Part shown: one piece after another, positions 48,984 to 59,151 of the stretch
How positions within the stretch are numbered: position 1 is the stretch's first letter
How the letters are laid out: every line of letters starts with the position of its first letter
Origin: an uncultured Clostridia bacterium
GTDB taxonomy: Bacteria; Bacillota; Clostridia; TANB77; UBA1234
DNA: 64,000 bases
Assembly (NCBI GenBank): GCA_934149405.1
Contig: CAKPEV010000002.1
Span: 194,489 to 258,488, forward strand
Direction of reading: 5' to 3'
Program-made: the position numbers and the translations under genes
Notes under the pieces: model-generated
What the model was told of the DNA's origin: nothing
The model's input: only the letters and a program-made list of their open reading frames with translations
Database searches by the model: none

Positions 48984-50447
48984 ATGAAGATATATAATTC
49001 AATGACTGGAAAGAAAGAAGAATTTAAGCCTATAAAAGATGGCGAGGTTAAAATGTATGCCTGCGGAATAACTGTGTATGATTTAAGTCATATAGGTCAC
49101 GCAAGGCAAGCAATCGTATACTCAATGATTAAAAATTATCTTGAATATAGAGGATATAAAGTTACATATGTTAGAAATTATACAGATGTAGATGACAAAA
49201 TAATAAATAAAGCAAATGCTCTAGGAAAAAATGCAATAGAATTTTCAAGAGAACAAATTGAAGAAACAGAAAAAGACATGGCAGGGCTTCATGTTGCACC
49301 AGCAGATATACAAACTAAGGCTTCTGAATATATTGATAAAATCATAGATTTTGTTCAAAAGCTAATTGATAAAGGCTTTGCATATGTTGCACCAAATGGA
49401 GATGTTTATTACAGTGTTAGAAAGTTTAAAGATTACGGAAAACTTTCACATAGAAATGTTGATGACATGTTAAACGGTGTGCGCATAGAACTTGAAGAAG
49501 GCAAAGAAGATCCTATAGACTTTGCACTTTGGAAATCAGCTAAACCTGGCGAGATTTCGTGGGATTCTCCTTGGGGTAAAGGTAGGCCAGGTTGGCATAT
49601 AGAGTGCTCTGCAATGGCTTTAAATACTCTAGGAGAGACAATAGATATACATGGTGGAGGAAGAGATTTATTATTCCCACACCATGAAAATGAAATTGCA
49701 CAAAGTGAAGCTTTAACAGGCAAAACTTTTGCAAATTATTGGTCTCATTGCGGACTTATAAAAATAAATGGTGAAAAAATGAGCAAGTCACTTGGCAATT
49801 CTTTAACTATTAGAGATGCTTTAAAGATGTATGATTACGAAGTTATAAAATACTTAATGTTTAGTAAGCATTATGGCTCAGATATGGATATTCTAGATAG
49901 CGATTTTCTAATGTCAGAAAAGCATATGTATTATTTTTACATGAGCATTAAACAAATGGAGGATTTTATTAACACGTATGGTGGAAATGTTGATGGTGAA
50001 GCACTTCCAGACGACATATCTGAAAAAATAATCCCAGATTTCATCGAGGTTATGGATGATGATTTTAATACAGCTGCGGCACTTGCAAACTTACATGGAA
50101 TCTTTAAATATGCTAATGGAATTATAAAATTAGCTAAAAAGAATACAAGAGAACAAACAGCAAATACTCTTGCAAAAATTCTTAAAAATATAAAAGAAGT
50201 TTATGGAATTTTAGGTTTATTCACAGAAAAACCAGAAGATTTTATAAGCAAAATGAAAGAGAAATATTTAAGCAAATTAAATATTGATGTTTCATTTGTC
50301 GAGGGTGAAATTTCAAAAAGAGCAGAAGCTAAAAAGTCAAAAGACTTTGAAACAGCAGACGCTATAAGAAGTTCGTTAGATGAAAAAGGTATCATATTAA
50401 ATGATACAGCAGAAGGAACTGTATGGGACATAAAGGCTTTATACTAA
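48984..50447 (+). CDS. cysS: cysteine--tRNA ligase
   Basis: The ORF track starts at 48909; GGAGG (48973-77) places the start at ATG 48984 (MKIYNSMTGKKEEFKP, as in known CysRS). HIGH (LSHIGHAR) and KMSKS (EKMSKSLGN) motifs are present. Confidence 0.95.
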   Translation: MKIYNSMTGKKEEFKPIKDGEVKMYACGITVYDLSHIGHARQAIVYSMIKNYLEYRGYKVTYVRNYTDVDDKIINKANALGKNAIEFSREQIEETEKDMAGLHVAPADIQTKASEYIDKIIDFVQKLIDKGFAYVAPNGDVYYSVRKFKDYGKLSHRNVDDMLNGVRIELEEGKEDPIDFALWKSAKPGEISWDSPWGKGRPGWHIECSAMALNTLGETIDIHGGGRDLLFPHHENEIAQSEALTGKTFANYWSHCGLIKINGEKMSKSLGNSLTIRDALKMYDYEVIKYLMFSKHYGSDMDILDSDFLMSEKHMYYFYMSIKQMEDFINTYGGNVDGEALPDDISEKIIPDFIEVMDDDFNTAAALANLHGIFKYANGIIKLAKKNTREQTANTLAKILKNIKEVYGILGLFTEKPEDFISKMKEKYLSKLNIDVSFVEGEISKRAEAKKSKDFETADAIRSSLDEKGIILNDTAEGTVWDIKALY

Positions 50448-50492
50448 AATAGTAGAAAGGTTGTAATATTTTTATAAAAAGTGAGGTGTGTT

Positions 50493-51656
50493 ATGGAGAT
50501 TGATGAAATCGTACTAAAAAACAGTGCTGAGATGGAGAAATATTTTTCACCGTATGCTTGCAAAACAGAAGAAGCATATAGATTTAAAAAAGAAAGAAGA
50601 AAAAATGAATTCAATGTAAGACCTACATTCTTCAGAGATGCGGACCGTATATTGCACTCTGGTGCATACTCTTGCTACATGGATAAAACGCAGGTCTTTC
50701 CACTAATAAATAACGACTTGATTACACACAGAGGATTGCATGTTCAATTTGTTTCTAAAATCGCAAGAACAATAGGTAGAAGCCTTAAACTAAATGAAGA
50801 CTTAATAGAGGCCGTGGCATTAGGTCATGACTTGGGTCACGCACCATTTGGCCATATGGGCGAGAAATGTTTAAATATTATTAGTGAAAAACATGGCCTT
50901 GGATTATTTCTTCATAATGCACAAAGTATTAGAGTTTTAAACGAAATAGAAAATGGCGGAAATGGTTTAAATATAACCGTTCAGGTATTAGATGGCATAC
51001 TTTGTCATAACGGAGAATTCTTATGTAAAAAATATGAACCGAATTATGAGAAAACACCAGAAGAATTCATGCAAGAATATAAAAGAACATGGCTTGAAAA
51101 AGGATTTGACAAAACTTTGAAACCAATGACGCTAGAAGGCTGTGTAGTGAGAATTTCAGATGTAATTGCATATATCGGAAGAGACATCGAAGACGCAATC
51201 ACAGTAAAACTAATAAAAAGAGAAGATATACCAGAAGAGATAACAAAAGTACTTGGAAATAAAAACTCAGAAATAATCGACACATTAGTAGAAGATTTGA
51301 TATATCATAGCTTCGATAAACCATACTTAGAGTTCACAAAAGAAGTATTCACAGCATTAAAGAAACTGCTAGACTTCAATTATAAAAACATATATACTAA
51401 TCCTAAAAAAGAAGATAAAGAAGAAAAATACATATGCATGTTTGAAATGCTTTACGAAGCTTTGCTAGAAGATTTAAAAAATAAAACGGGCAGAATAAAC
51501 GAGGTTTATCTACAAACCAAATGTGCAAAATATAAAAGAGAAACATCGCCAGAAAGAATAGTAATAGACTACATTGCAGGAATGACAGATGACTATTTCT
51601 TGGCAGAATACAAACTACACTTCTTACCAAAGAGAAGAGATTTAACAGTAGAATAA
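50493..51656 (+). CDS. HD-domain dNTP/dGTP triphosphohydrolase-like protein
   Basis: The start is taken at ATG 50493 after GTGAGG. It has the HDLGHAPFGH motif and THRGLHV.. upstream, typical of the dGTPase-like HD family. Confidence 0.8.
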   Translation: MEIDEIVLKNSAEMEKYFSPYACKTEEAYRFKKERRKNEFNVRPTFFRDADRILHSGAYSCYMDKTQVFPLINNDLITHRGLHVQFVSKIARTIGRSLKLNEDLIEAVALGHDLGHAPFGHMGEKCLNIISEKHGLGLFLHNAQSIRVLNEIENGGNGLNITVQVLDGILCHNGEFLCKKYEPNYEKTPEEFMQEYKRTWLEKGFDKTLKPMTLEGCVVRISDVIAYIGRDIEDAITVKLIKREDIPEEITKVLGNKNSEIIDTLVEDLIYHSFDKPYLEFTKEVFTALKKLLDFNYKNIYTNPKKEDKEEKYICMFEMLYEALLEDLKNKTGRINEVYLQTKCAKYKRETSPERIVIDYIAGMTDDYFLAEYKLHFLPKRRDLTVE

Positions 51657-51660
51657 AAAT

Positions 51661-51693
51661 AAGGTCAAAAGCATTTTTTGCTTTTGACCTTTT
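51661..51693. terminator. bidirectional intrinsic terminator between convergent genes
   Basis: aaggtcaaaagc (51661-72) / gcttttgacctt (51680-91), a perfect 12-bp stem with a T-rich loop and flanks. Confidence 0.8.
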
Positions 51694-51733
51694 AAATATT
51701 TAAATTTTGTTATTTAAGAATGATTGCATATCA

Positions 51734-52525
51734 TTAAGGTACATATGAATGAAACTCTAGGTCGTTAAAGTCTTTACTTAAAAGAGTTGATTTAACCTCG
51801 CCATTTTCTATAGACAACTCGTAATCTCCTCTACAATAATTTTCAAAACGTTCGCTTAAATTGTGAGCAGCTTTTTCTTCATCTGAAAGATATTCAGGTG
51901 CAGAGAATAAAATTTTATTGTCTTCAAGCGAATAAACATATTTATCATCTCTAATAGATACTTTGCTGTTAAATACTTCTTTCATATTTTTATCAAATAA
52001 TGTAAGACCATAACAATCTGCAAGGTATTGATCTCCTACTACTAAAAGATAACTATCATTATAAATAGATAATTCACATTCATTTGACTTCATCCAATAA
52101 GAAGTAATGGCAGTTGCGACACCGTTTTCATCTACAACAAATAAGTTTGAACAGAAATCATTGAAATCGCCTGAAACTTGTAGAGTAAAAACTTTATCAT
52201 CTAATTTTATTTTTCCTATAGTGTTAACATCACCAGATTTCATATTAGCAAAATCGATATCTTTGCTTGCTAATAAAGCATCTAAATGTGTTTCATACAA
52301 ATTCAAATACTCTGAATTTTTAATATCTTTTGAAACGTCTTCACCAGAAGAAGTAGTTTCTCCTGAGTTTGGTAATGTAGGATTGTCTTCAGAAATCTTT
52401 GTTTCACCAGAAGAAATAATTTCGCCACTATTAGGGTTTTTAACATCTTTTATTTCGTTATTAGAATTGCAGCCAGCCAATAAAATTATGCTTAAAATAC
52501 AAACTGTAAAAATAATTTTCTTCAT
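51734..52525 (-). CDS. lipoprotein, hypothetical
   Basis: The start is set at ATG 52525 (minus) after a GGAG Shine-Dalgarno. MKKIIFTVCILSIILLAGCNS has a lipobox LAGC. The Ser/Gly/Glu-rich linker has repeated NSGE(I/T)(I/T)SSGE. I recognise no family. Confidence 0.75.
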   Translation of the reverse strand: MKKIIFTVCILSIILLAGCNSNNEIKDVKNPNSGEIISSGETKISEDNPTLPNSGETTSSGEDVSKDIKNSEYLNLYETHLDALLASKDIDFANMKSGDVNTIGKIKLDDKVFTLQVSGDFNDFCSNLFVVDENGVATAITSYWMKSNECELSIYNDSYLLVVGDQYLADCYGLTLFDKNMKEVFNSKVSIRDDKYVYSLEDNKILFSAPEYLSDEEKAAHNLSERFENYCRGDYELSIENGEVKSTLLSKDFNDLEFHSYVP

Positions 52526-52705
52526 TAAATCAACTCCTTTTATAATTGAAAAAAATATTGCCATATACGCAATTGACTTTATAAGTATAGTACACATGGA
52601 AAGAAAAGTCAACATAAAGAGGAGTGTGCTAACTGTCAGACTTGCAATTTTATGTAAAACTTGCTATAATAAAATTCACTTTCGAAAATTTTGGAGGAAT
52701 GGTAT

Positions 52706-53701
52706 ATGTCAAATGGCAAGAACCAAAACAAAGGCGGTATAGCAGTATGGATAGTTATTGCTTCAATCGTCGCTTTGTACTTTTTAGGAATCAACATCTA
52801 TGATATAACCCTAGGACCAAGTAATGCAGGCGACGAAACCACAACAACTGCTGAGACCCTAGTGCAAATGCCCGAAACTGCCAGACCAGATGGTGAGCTA
52901 ATACTCACAATGATTGATGTGGGGCAGGCTGACAGCTTTTTGCTTGTTCAAAATGGCAAGACAATGCTTGTCGATTGTGGAACGCGGTCAACAGGCGAAG
53001 ATGTTGTTAAATACCTAAATGAACAGGGCATAAAAAGACTTGACTATGTAATTGGTACGCACCCACACGATGACCACATGGGCGGAATGTATGATGTAAT
53101 TACCAATTTTGAGATTGGCAAAATCATCATGCCAGAAGTTGAAGCAGGAAAGGTTACTACCAACTGGTATGTTAAGCTTATGCAAGAAATCAAGCAAGGC
53201 GCTTATGAACTTGAGTATGCTAAACTTGGTGCAGTGTACGACCTTGGTGATGCAAGCTTTAAAATTATTGGTCCAATAGAAACCGATGAAAGCAACTTAA
53301 ACAATTATTCAATTGTTTTAAAAGTAACTTTTGGAGACATGGATGTAATAATGACTGGCGACGCAGAAACAAAGGTTGAAAAGGCCATCATAGAGTCAGG
53401 GGAAGCACTTGGCGCTGAAATCTTAAAGGTTGGACATCATGGAAGTGACACTTCATCGAGCGATGAATTTCTTGATGAAGTATCGCCTCTATACGCACTT
53501 ATTTCTGCAAAGGTTGGCAACAAGTACGAGCACCCAATAAAATCGACAATGGAAAAATTAGAAGAGCGAAAAATAAAAGTTTATCGGACTGATGAAAATG
53601 GCACTGTCGTTGCTACGATAACGGCAAATGACGTGAAATTTAGCACGGATCCAGGCGATTATTTAAGTGGCACAGAATTAGAGGAGGCAAAAAACAAATG
53701 A
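52706..53701 (+). CDS. ComEC/Rec2-related metallo-beta-lactamase-fold hydrolase with N-terminal membrane anchor
   Basis: GGAGG precedes ATG 52706. It has an HxHxDH motif (HPHDDHMGG), ..DVGQADSFL.. and ..KVGHHGS.., typical of the ComEC C-terminal-like MBL family. Confidence 0.8.
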   Translation: MSNGKNQNKGGIAVWIVIASIVALYFLGINIYDITLGPSNAGDETTTTAETLVQMPETARPDGELILTMIDVGQADSFLLVQNGKTMLVDCGTRSTGEDVVKYLNEQGIKRLDYVIGTHPHDDHMGGMYDVITNFEIGKIIMPEVEAGKVTTNWYVKLMQEIKQGAYELEYAKLGAVYDLGDASFKIIGPIETDESNLNNYSIVLKVTFGDMDVIMTGDAETKVEKAIIESGEALGAEILKVGHHGSDTSSSDEFLDEVSPLYALISAKVGNKYEHPIKSTMEKLEERKIKVYRTDENGTVVATITANDVKFSTDPGDYLSGTELEEAKNK

Positions 53702-53979
53702 AAAGCTACGCATCAATAGAAGAGTTTGATCGCAACTATGTTAGGCTTGAGGTTGAGATGATGGACGTTGAAGACAGCAATACAAGCGAATTCGGCGAAC
53801 GTGAAACACGGATGCTTGATGTAGACTACGAGAAATTTCCTTGGGATGAAGACGATTTCGGCGAAGGAGATATAGTTGTAGTAGAACATGATGGAGAAAT
53901 AATTTCGAAAATCTATGGCAAGGACGAAGAAGAAAGACAGAGAAGAATTGATAAAATAAATTCGATTCTTGGAATGTGA
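53698..53979 (+). CDS. DUF3006-like small protein
   Basis: 93 aa, with an ATGA start/stop overlap with the MBL gene. It has the ..VRLEVE..GDIVVVEHDGEI.. pattern and an acidic C-terminal helix. DUF3006 genes commonly follow ComEC-like MBL genes (from memory). Confidence 0.55.
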   Translation: MKSYASIEEFDRNYVRLEVEMMDVEDSNTSEFGERETRMLDVDYEKFPWDEDDFGEGDIVVVEHDGEIISKIYGKDEEERQRRIDKINSILGM

Positions 53980-54013
53980 GTCTAAAATCGAAAAACGGAC
54001 GAGTTTTTTGATG

Positions 54014-54060
54014 TGAACTCAAATTGTTAGACAAAAGTTTAACAGTTTGGGTTCTTTTTT
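54014..54060 (+). terminator. intrinsic terminator; copy 2 of the repeated hairpin element
   Basis: gaactcaaattgtta (54014-28) / taacagtttgggttc (54040-54) followed by TTTTTT. Its 19-nt 5' part atgtgaactcaaattgtta is identical to 27577-27595. Confidence 0.75.
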
Positions 54061-54129
54061 ATTTTAAGTCATTTTAAAGAATGTCAGAAAAATAAAACGA
54101 TGAATTTCAAAAAATAACATATAATACGA

Positions 54130-54158
54130 TTGACTTATTTGAATAGTAAGTATATACT
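54130..54158 (+). promoter_or_regulatory. putative sigma-A promoter of mazEF with palindrome over the -10 element
   Basis: TTGACT (54130-35), 17 nt, TATACT (54153-58). The palindrome tatatac-tat-gtatata lies at 54151-67. Confidence 0.55.
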
Positions 54159-54184
54159 ATGTATATACAAATGGGGGGATATAA

Positions 54185-54427
54185 ATGACTACATCAATTC
54201 AAAAATGGGGAAATAGTCAAGGGGTGAGAATACCTAAAATGTTATTAGATGCCGTAAAATGGTCGGAAAATGAAAAAGTTACAATCACAGTATATGACGG
54301 AAAACTAATAATCGAAAAAGCCAAAAAAGAAAAGGAGAGTATAATGGAACTATTTGAAAATTACGAAGAAGAATATACACCAGAAGAAATAGATTGGGGA
54401 AAGCCGGAGGGAAAAGAAGTATGGTAA
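54185..54427 (+). CDS. mazE: MazE-type (AbrB/SpoVT fold) antitoxin
   Basis: 80 aa. IQKWGNSQGVRIPKMLLD is the characteristic looped-hinge-helix N-terminus. It overlaps the mazF start (ATGGTAA). Confidence 0.85.
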   Translation: MTTSIQKWGNSQGVRIPKMLLDAVKWSENEKVTITVYDGKLIIEKAKKEKESIMELFENYEEEYTPEEIDWGKPEGKEVW

Positions 54428-54753
54428 AGCAAGGAACAATTATAAAAATAAATTTCAATCCACAATCAGGGCACGAACAAGCAGGATATAGGCCGGCGGT
54501 CGTAATAAGCAATGATATATTCAATGAAAAAACGAAATTATCTATAGTTTGCCCAATAACAAATACGGATAAGCATTTTCCATTACATATATCATTAGAT
54601 GAGAGGACAAAAACAACGGGCGTAATCCTTTGTGAACATATAAAATCTCTAGATTTAAATAGCAGGACATTTCAAGAAGTAGAAGAATTACCGAGAGATT
54701 TGTTAGAAAAGGTAATAAATATTGTCTTGGCAGAAATAGAGGAGATAAAGTAG
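54421..54753 (+). CDS. mazF: MazF/PemK family endoribonuclease toxin
   Basis: The start is ATG 54421 (the ORF track begins at 54394). MVKQGTIIKINFNPQSGHEQAGYRPAVVISND.. and ..LCEHIKSLD.. are typical of PemK/MazF. Confidence 0.85.
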   Translation: MVKQGTIIKINFNPQSGHEQAGYRPAVVISNDIFNEKTKLSIVCPITNTDKHFPLHISLDERTKTTGVILCEHIKSLDLNSRTFQEVEELPRDLLEKVINIVLAEIEEIK

Positions 54754-54785
54754 AGTGTACATAATTGAAGGTAATGAAGCTATAT

Positions 54786-54814
54786 TTGACAAGAGCAAGT
54801 AAAAATGTTAAAAT
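54786..54814 (+). promoter_or_regulatory. putative sigma-A promoter of abiEi/abiEii
   Basis: TTGACA (54786-91), 17 nt, TAAAAT (54809-14). Confidence 0.5.
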
Positions 54815-54877
54815 GTTACTATAAAATGAATAATTACACGTTATAATCATAAAATAGTAACAAATGGGGTGAATGAT

Positions 54878-55525
54878 ATGAATTGTCGTAATATAGTCTT
54901 AAATTATATACAAAATTGTGAAAGAAATGAGCCTATCTTTATAGAAGATATAAAAGAGTATATTATGCAATTCTATAAGGAAAAGGAAAAAGAAAAAATA
55001 TGTAATAATGTAAAAGAAATATTAAATAGGCTGAACAAGGAAAATGTTATAAAAACAGCATACAAAGGTATTTACTATATTCCAAAAACTAATATGTTTG
55101 GAGAAGTTCCACTTGCAAATAGCAAAATAATTCAATACAAATATTTGGTTGATAAATTTGGTAATGTAAAAGGATATGTAACAGGAGCAAATCTATTTAA
55201 TAAAGTCGGATTAACAACACAAGTCCCCAATATTATTGATATAGTCACAAATGAATGTAAAAACAATAATAAGTATGCAAATAAATATTTAAATGTAATA
55301 ATAAGAAAGCCGAAAATTGAAATAAATAATGAAAATTATAAATATTTGCAATTGTTTGATTTAATAGAAAACAAAGATAATATTTGTGTAGAAACAAATG
55401 ATATAAATGAAGTAATATATAACTTTATTCAAGAAAATGATTTAGATTTTGAAAAAATATTAAAATATGCAAGAGAGACTAATAGCAAATCAGTAATAGA
55501 AAAAATGGTCATGATTGCAAGATAG
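54878..55525 (+). CDS. probable AbiEi-like type IV toxin-antitoxin antitoxin / transcriptional regulator
   Basis: ~215 aa, immediately upstream of and 7 nt from an AbiEii gene. The N-terminal region looks wHTH-like. The call rests mainly on context and size. An alternative GTG start lies at 54869. Confidence 0.5.
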   Translation: MNCRNIVLNYIQNCERNEPIFIEDIKEYIMQFYKEKEKEKICNNVKEILNRLNKENVIKTAYKGIYYIPKTNMFGEVPLANSKIIQYKYLVDKFGNVKGYVTGANLFNKVGLTTQVPNIIDIVTNECKNNNKYANKYLNVIIRKPKIEINNENYKYLQLFDLIENKDNICVETNDINEVIYNFIQENDLDFEKILKYARETNSKSVIEKMVMIAR

Positions 55526-55532
55526 GGGTTAT

Positions 55533-56471
55533 ATGAATTTACATTTAAATAAAGAATTATTTCGAGAAATAATAGATACATTAAATACAAGAACCGGAAT
55601 TGCTGTAGACATAATAGAAAAAGACTATTATGTTTGTACTATTTTAAATGAATTATCTAAAAAGCAAGATTATTTAAAGGCTTATTTTAAAGGTGGGACG
55701 GCAGTATATAAAATATTAGAAAATATGAATAGATTTTCTGAAGATATCGATTTAACCGTGAAAGTTTTGTCGGAAGAATCTAACACAAGAAATAAAAAAA
55801 GGCTAAAGGCTTCTGCTTTAGGATATAATATAGATGGGCTAGAATTAGTGAAAGAAGAATGTATCGATAATAAGAACAGTATTACAGGAATGTATAAGTA
55901 TACCTCTGTATATGTTGACAGTGAAATGCCATTACAGAGAGCAGGCAGAATACAAGTGGAATCGACATCTTTTACTGTAAGTGAACCAACAGAAAGGTAC
56001 TACATAGAACCTCTGATATATAAATTAGCAAGTGATACTGAAAAGAAAATTTTAGAAGAAAAATTTGATATTTCAAAAATTGAAATTGAAATTATAAAGT
56101 TAGAAAGGATGTTTATAGATAAAATATTTGCGGCAGAGTTTTATTATATTAGAAATATGTATATGGATGTATCAAAGCATCTATATGATATATCAATATT
56201 GTTTAACAATGATAAAATACAAAAATTATTAGAAAATAAAGAAGAATTATCAAAATTAATAGAATATAAAAGGCAGGAGGAAAAGGTGAGAATTGGCGGG
56301 ATAAATGAAAATATAAAAATAAAAGATTTTAATTATTTTAAAATGGAATTTTCGGACGAATTAGTAAAACAATTTGAAAATATGCAGAACAAATATGTTT
56401 TAAATGATAAATATAAAGTTAGCATAGATAAAGTCAAAAATGTATTAAAGCAAGTATATGCTAAAATATAA
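55533..56471 (+). CDS. AbiEii/AbiGii family nucleotidyltransferase toxin (DUF1814)
   Basis: The start is ATG 55533 after GGGG. ..YFKGGTAVYKIL..NRFSEDIDLTV.. matches the hallmark GG[TS]..-R.S.DID motif of the family. Confidence 0.8.
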   Translation: MNLHLNKELFREIIDTLNTRTGIAVDIIEKDYYVCTILNELSKKQDYLKAYFKGGTAVYKILENMNRFSEDIDLTVKVLSEESNTRNKKRLKASALGYNIDGLELVKEECIDNKNSITGMYKYTSVYVDSEMPLQRAGRIQVESTSFTVSEPTERYYIEPLIYKLASDTEKKILEEKFDISKIEIEIIKLERMFIDKIFAAEFYYIRNMYMDVSKHLYDISILFNNDKIQKLLENKEELSKLIEYKRQEEKVRIGGINENIKIKDFNYFKMEFSDELVKQFENMQNKYVLNDKYKVSIDKVKNVLKQVYAKI

Positions 56472-56547
56472 AAATGAATTTTTACATAGTTGGAATAAGA
56501 TAAAATTATAGCATGTATAGAGGTGTTTTGTACTTTTAGCCAAAACC

Positions 56548-56576
56548 TTGACCAAATAGGATAAATTTGTTAAAAT
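56548..56576 (+). promoter_or_regulatory. putative sigma-A promoter of the ABC-F gene
   Basis: TTGACC (56548-53), 17 nt, TAAAAT (56571-76). Confidence 0.5.
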
Positions 56577-56615
56577 GTACCTAGTTTGATTAAAAGAATA
56601 GGAGAGATTATATAA

Positions 56616-58229
56616 ATGATTAGTGCTAATGGAGTTACGCTTCGCTTTGGTAAGCGTACACTTTTTGAGAATGTTAATATAGCTTTTACACCAGGAAATT
56701 GTTATGGTTTGATTGGTGCAAATGGAGCAGGTAAAACTACATTTTTAAGAATTTTGTCTGGTGAGCTTGAGCCATCACAAGGTGATATCTCTATGAATCC
56801 AGGAGAAAGACTTTCTGTTTTAAAACAAAATCACCACGAGTATGAAGAAGAACAAGTCATAAAGACTGTTATAATGGGAAACACAGAGCTTTTTAAGATA
56901 ATGCAAGAAAAAGATGCGTTATATGCAAAACCTGATTTCTCAGAGGCTGATGGTGTTAAAGCCGGTGAATTAGAGGCAAAGTTTGCTGAGATGGATGGCT
57001 GGAATGCTGAATCAGATGCCGCAATGCTTTTAAATGGTCTTGGACTTGAAACAGAGTTCCACGATAAATATATGAAAGAGCTTACAGAAGCTCAAAAGGT
57101 TAAAGTGCTTCTTGCACAAGCTTTATTCGGAAATCCAGATGTTTTGCTTTTAGACGAGCCTACAAACTATTTAGATATCGAAGCAATAGAATGGCTTGAA
57201 GAATTTTTGATAAATTTTGAAAACACAGTTATCGTTGTATCACACGATAGACACTTTTTAAATACAGTTTGTACTCACATTGCCGATATAGACTTTGGTA
57301 AGATTAAAGTGTACACAGGTAACTATGACTTCTGGTATGAATCTAGCCAACTTGCTTTAAAGCAAATGAAAGATGCTAATAAAAAGAAAGAAGAGAAGAT
57401 TGCCGAATTACAAGAATTCATTAGAAGATTTAGTGCAAATGCTTCAAAATCTAAACAAGCAACATCTCGTAAGAAATTACTTGAAAAAATCGAATTAGAT
57501 GAGATTAAGCCATCTAATAGAAAGTACCCATATATCAATTTTGAAATGGACAGAGAACCAGGAAAAGAAATTTTATTTGTTGAGAATTTAACAAAAACAT
57601 TAAATGGAAAGAAGCTTTTAAACAATATTTCAATAAATGTGCAAAACGGAGATAAGATTGCCTTTGTTGGACCTATGGGACTTGCAAAAACAGAGTTGTT
57701 TGAAATACTAACTGACAACAGCATTCAAGAAAGCGGAGAGTTTAAGTTTGGTATAACTACTTCAGTTGCATATTTCCCTAAAGATAACACATCAGAGTTT
57801 AACAAAGACATGACAATTGTTGAATGGCTTATGCAATATTCAAAAATTAAAGAAGAAACTTTTGTTAGAGGATTTTTAGGAAGAATGTTATTCTCTGGAG
57901 AAGAAGCACTTAAAAAAGTTAATGTGCTTTCTGGTGGAGAAAAAGTTCGTTGCATGCTTGCAAAAATGATGCTTTCAGGAGCTAACATTTTGATATTTGA
58001 TGAGCCAACAAACCATTTAGACCTAGAGTCAATTACAGCATTAAATAATGGTCTTATAAATTACAAAGGTGTAATTTTATTTACATCACATGACCATCAA
58101 TTCGTTCAAACAATTGCTAACAGAATAATTGAAATAACACCAAATGGTCTAATAGACAGAAGAATGACTTATGATGAGTATCTTGAGACAGATGCAGGGG
58201 CTAAAAAGAGAGAAATAGAAATAGACTAA
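56616..58229 (+). CDS. ABC-F family ATPase (two ABC domains, no TM domain; YbiT/YkpA-like)
   Basis: 537 aa with Walker A motifs GANGAGKTT and a degenerate GPMGLAKTE. Signature motifs are near LTEAQKVKV and LSGGEKVRC, and Walker B motifs are LLLDEPTN and LIFDEPTN. A charged linker lies between the domains. Confidence 0.85.
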   Translation: MISANGVTLRFGKRTLFENVNIAFTPGNCYGLIGANGAGKTTFLRILSGELEPSQGDISMNPGERLSVLKQNHHEYEEEQVIKTVIMGNTELFKIMQEKDALYAKPDFSEADGVKAGELEAKFAEMDGWNAESDAAMLLNGLGLETEFHDKYMKELTEAQKVKVLLAQALFGNPDVLLLDEPTNYLDIEAIEWLEEFLINFENTVIVVSHDRHFLNTVCTHIADIDFGKIKVYTGNYDFWYESSQLALKQMKDANKKKEEKIAELQEFIRRFSANASKSKQATSRKKLLEKIELDEIKPSNRKYPYINFEMDREPGKEILFVENLTKTLNGKKLLNNISINVQNGDKIAFVGPMGLAKTELFEILTDNSIQESGEFKFGITTSVAYFPKDNTSEFNKDMTIVEWLMQYSKIKEETFVRGFLGRMLFSGEEALKKVNVLSGGEKVRCMLAKMMLSGANILIFDEPTNHLDLESITALNNGLINYKGVILFTSHDHQFVQTIANRIIEITPNGLIDRRMTYDEYLETDAGAKKREIEID

Positions 58230-58240
58230 ATAAATTAAAA

Positions 58241-58279
58241 GGACAGTGAATATTATACATGTTTCACTGTTCTTTTTTT
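58241..58279 (+). terminator. intrinsic terminator after the ABC-F gene
   Basis: ggacagtgaa (58241-50) / ttcactgttc (58263-72), a 10-bp stem followed by TTTTTTT. Confidence 0.75.
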
Positions 58280-58367
58280 ATAAGATATATGGTATACTAA
58301 TTGAAGGAAAGAATGATTATTCATAAGTGACAATCACCACACATACTTATAGTAACATGGAGGTAAT

Positions 58368-59132
58368 ATGATTATAAATATAGATGGCACAAATATAAAT
58401 TACGAAATCTTTGGAGATGGAAAGCCGTTACTTCTTCTTCATGGTTGGGGTGCGTGCATCAATTCTATGGCGCCGATTTGGCAATTTTTTAAGAATAATT
58501 TTAAAGTTTATGTTTTAGATTTTCCTATGCAGGGAAACGGCAGTGATGAGCCAAAAGTTCCTTGGGGAGTGCCAGAATATTCTGAGATGGTAAGAAGCTT
58601 TATGCAAAAATTAAACATTTCAAAACCTCATGTTATTGCTCATTCATTTGGTGGTAGGGTTACAATATATTTGGCGTCAAAATATAAAGATTTATTTGAT
58701 AAAATTGTTTTAGTTGATGCGGCAGGTGTAAAACCTAAGCAAACCTTGAAAAAGAGATTTAAAAAGATAGTGTTTAAATGTGGAAAGGCATGTTTAAAAA
58801 TCTTTACTCCAAAGGATAAGTTAGAAGATAAATTAAATGAGTATAGAAAAAAACATTCTTCAAGCGATTATTTAGCATTAAAATCTGATGTTATGCGAAA
58901 AACATTTGCTAATGTAATAAATTTAGATTTGACTAAAAACTTAAAAGATATAGAAAATCCAGTGCTTTTAATGTGGGGCGAAAATGATACAGATACTCCG
59001 CTTTATATGGCACACATAATGGAAAAGGAAATAAAGGATGCTGGATTAGTGGTATTAAAAAACGCGGGTCATTTTTCTTATATAGATGATGCAACTGAAT
59101 TTAATTTGATTGTAAGCAAGTATTTAACATAG
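58368..59132 (+). CDS. alpha/beta-fold hydrolase
   Basis: 254 aa with an HGWG oxyanion-hole region, nucleophile elbow AHSFGG (GxSxG) and a C-terminal ..NAGHFSY.. His. Confidence 0.8.
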   Translation: MIINIDGTNINYEIFGDGKPLLLLHGWGACINSMAPIWQFFKNNFKVYVLDFPMQGNGSDEPKVPWGVPEYSEMVRSFMQKLNISKPHVIAHSFGGRVTIYLASKYKDLFDKIVLVDAAGVKPKQTLKKRFKKIVFKCGKACLKIFTPKDKLEDKLNEYRKKHSSSDYLALKSDVMRKTFANVINLDLTKNLKDIENPVLLMWGENDTDTPLYMAHIMEKEIKDAGLVVLKNAGHFSYIDDATEFNLIVSKYLT

Positions 59133-59151
59133 TAATTTAGGAGGTAATATT

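Noticed and set aside
52107-52742. A 211-aa plus-strand ORF.
   Set aside because: It is antisense to the lipoprotein gene, which has a Shine-Dalgarno, a lipobox and a terminator. It also runs through the promoter region of the MBL gene and has no motifs of its own.
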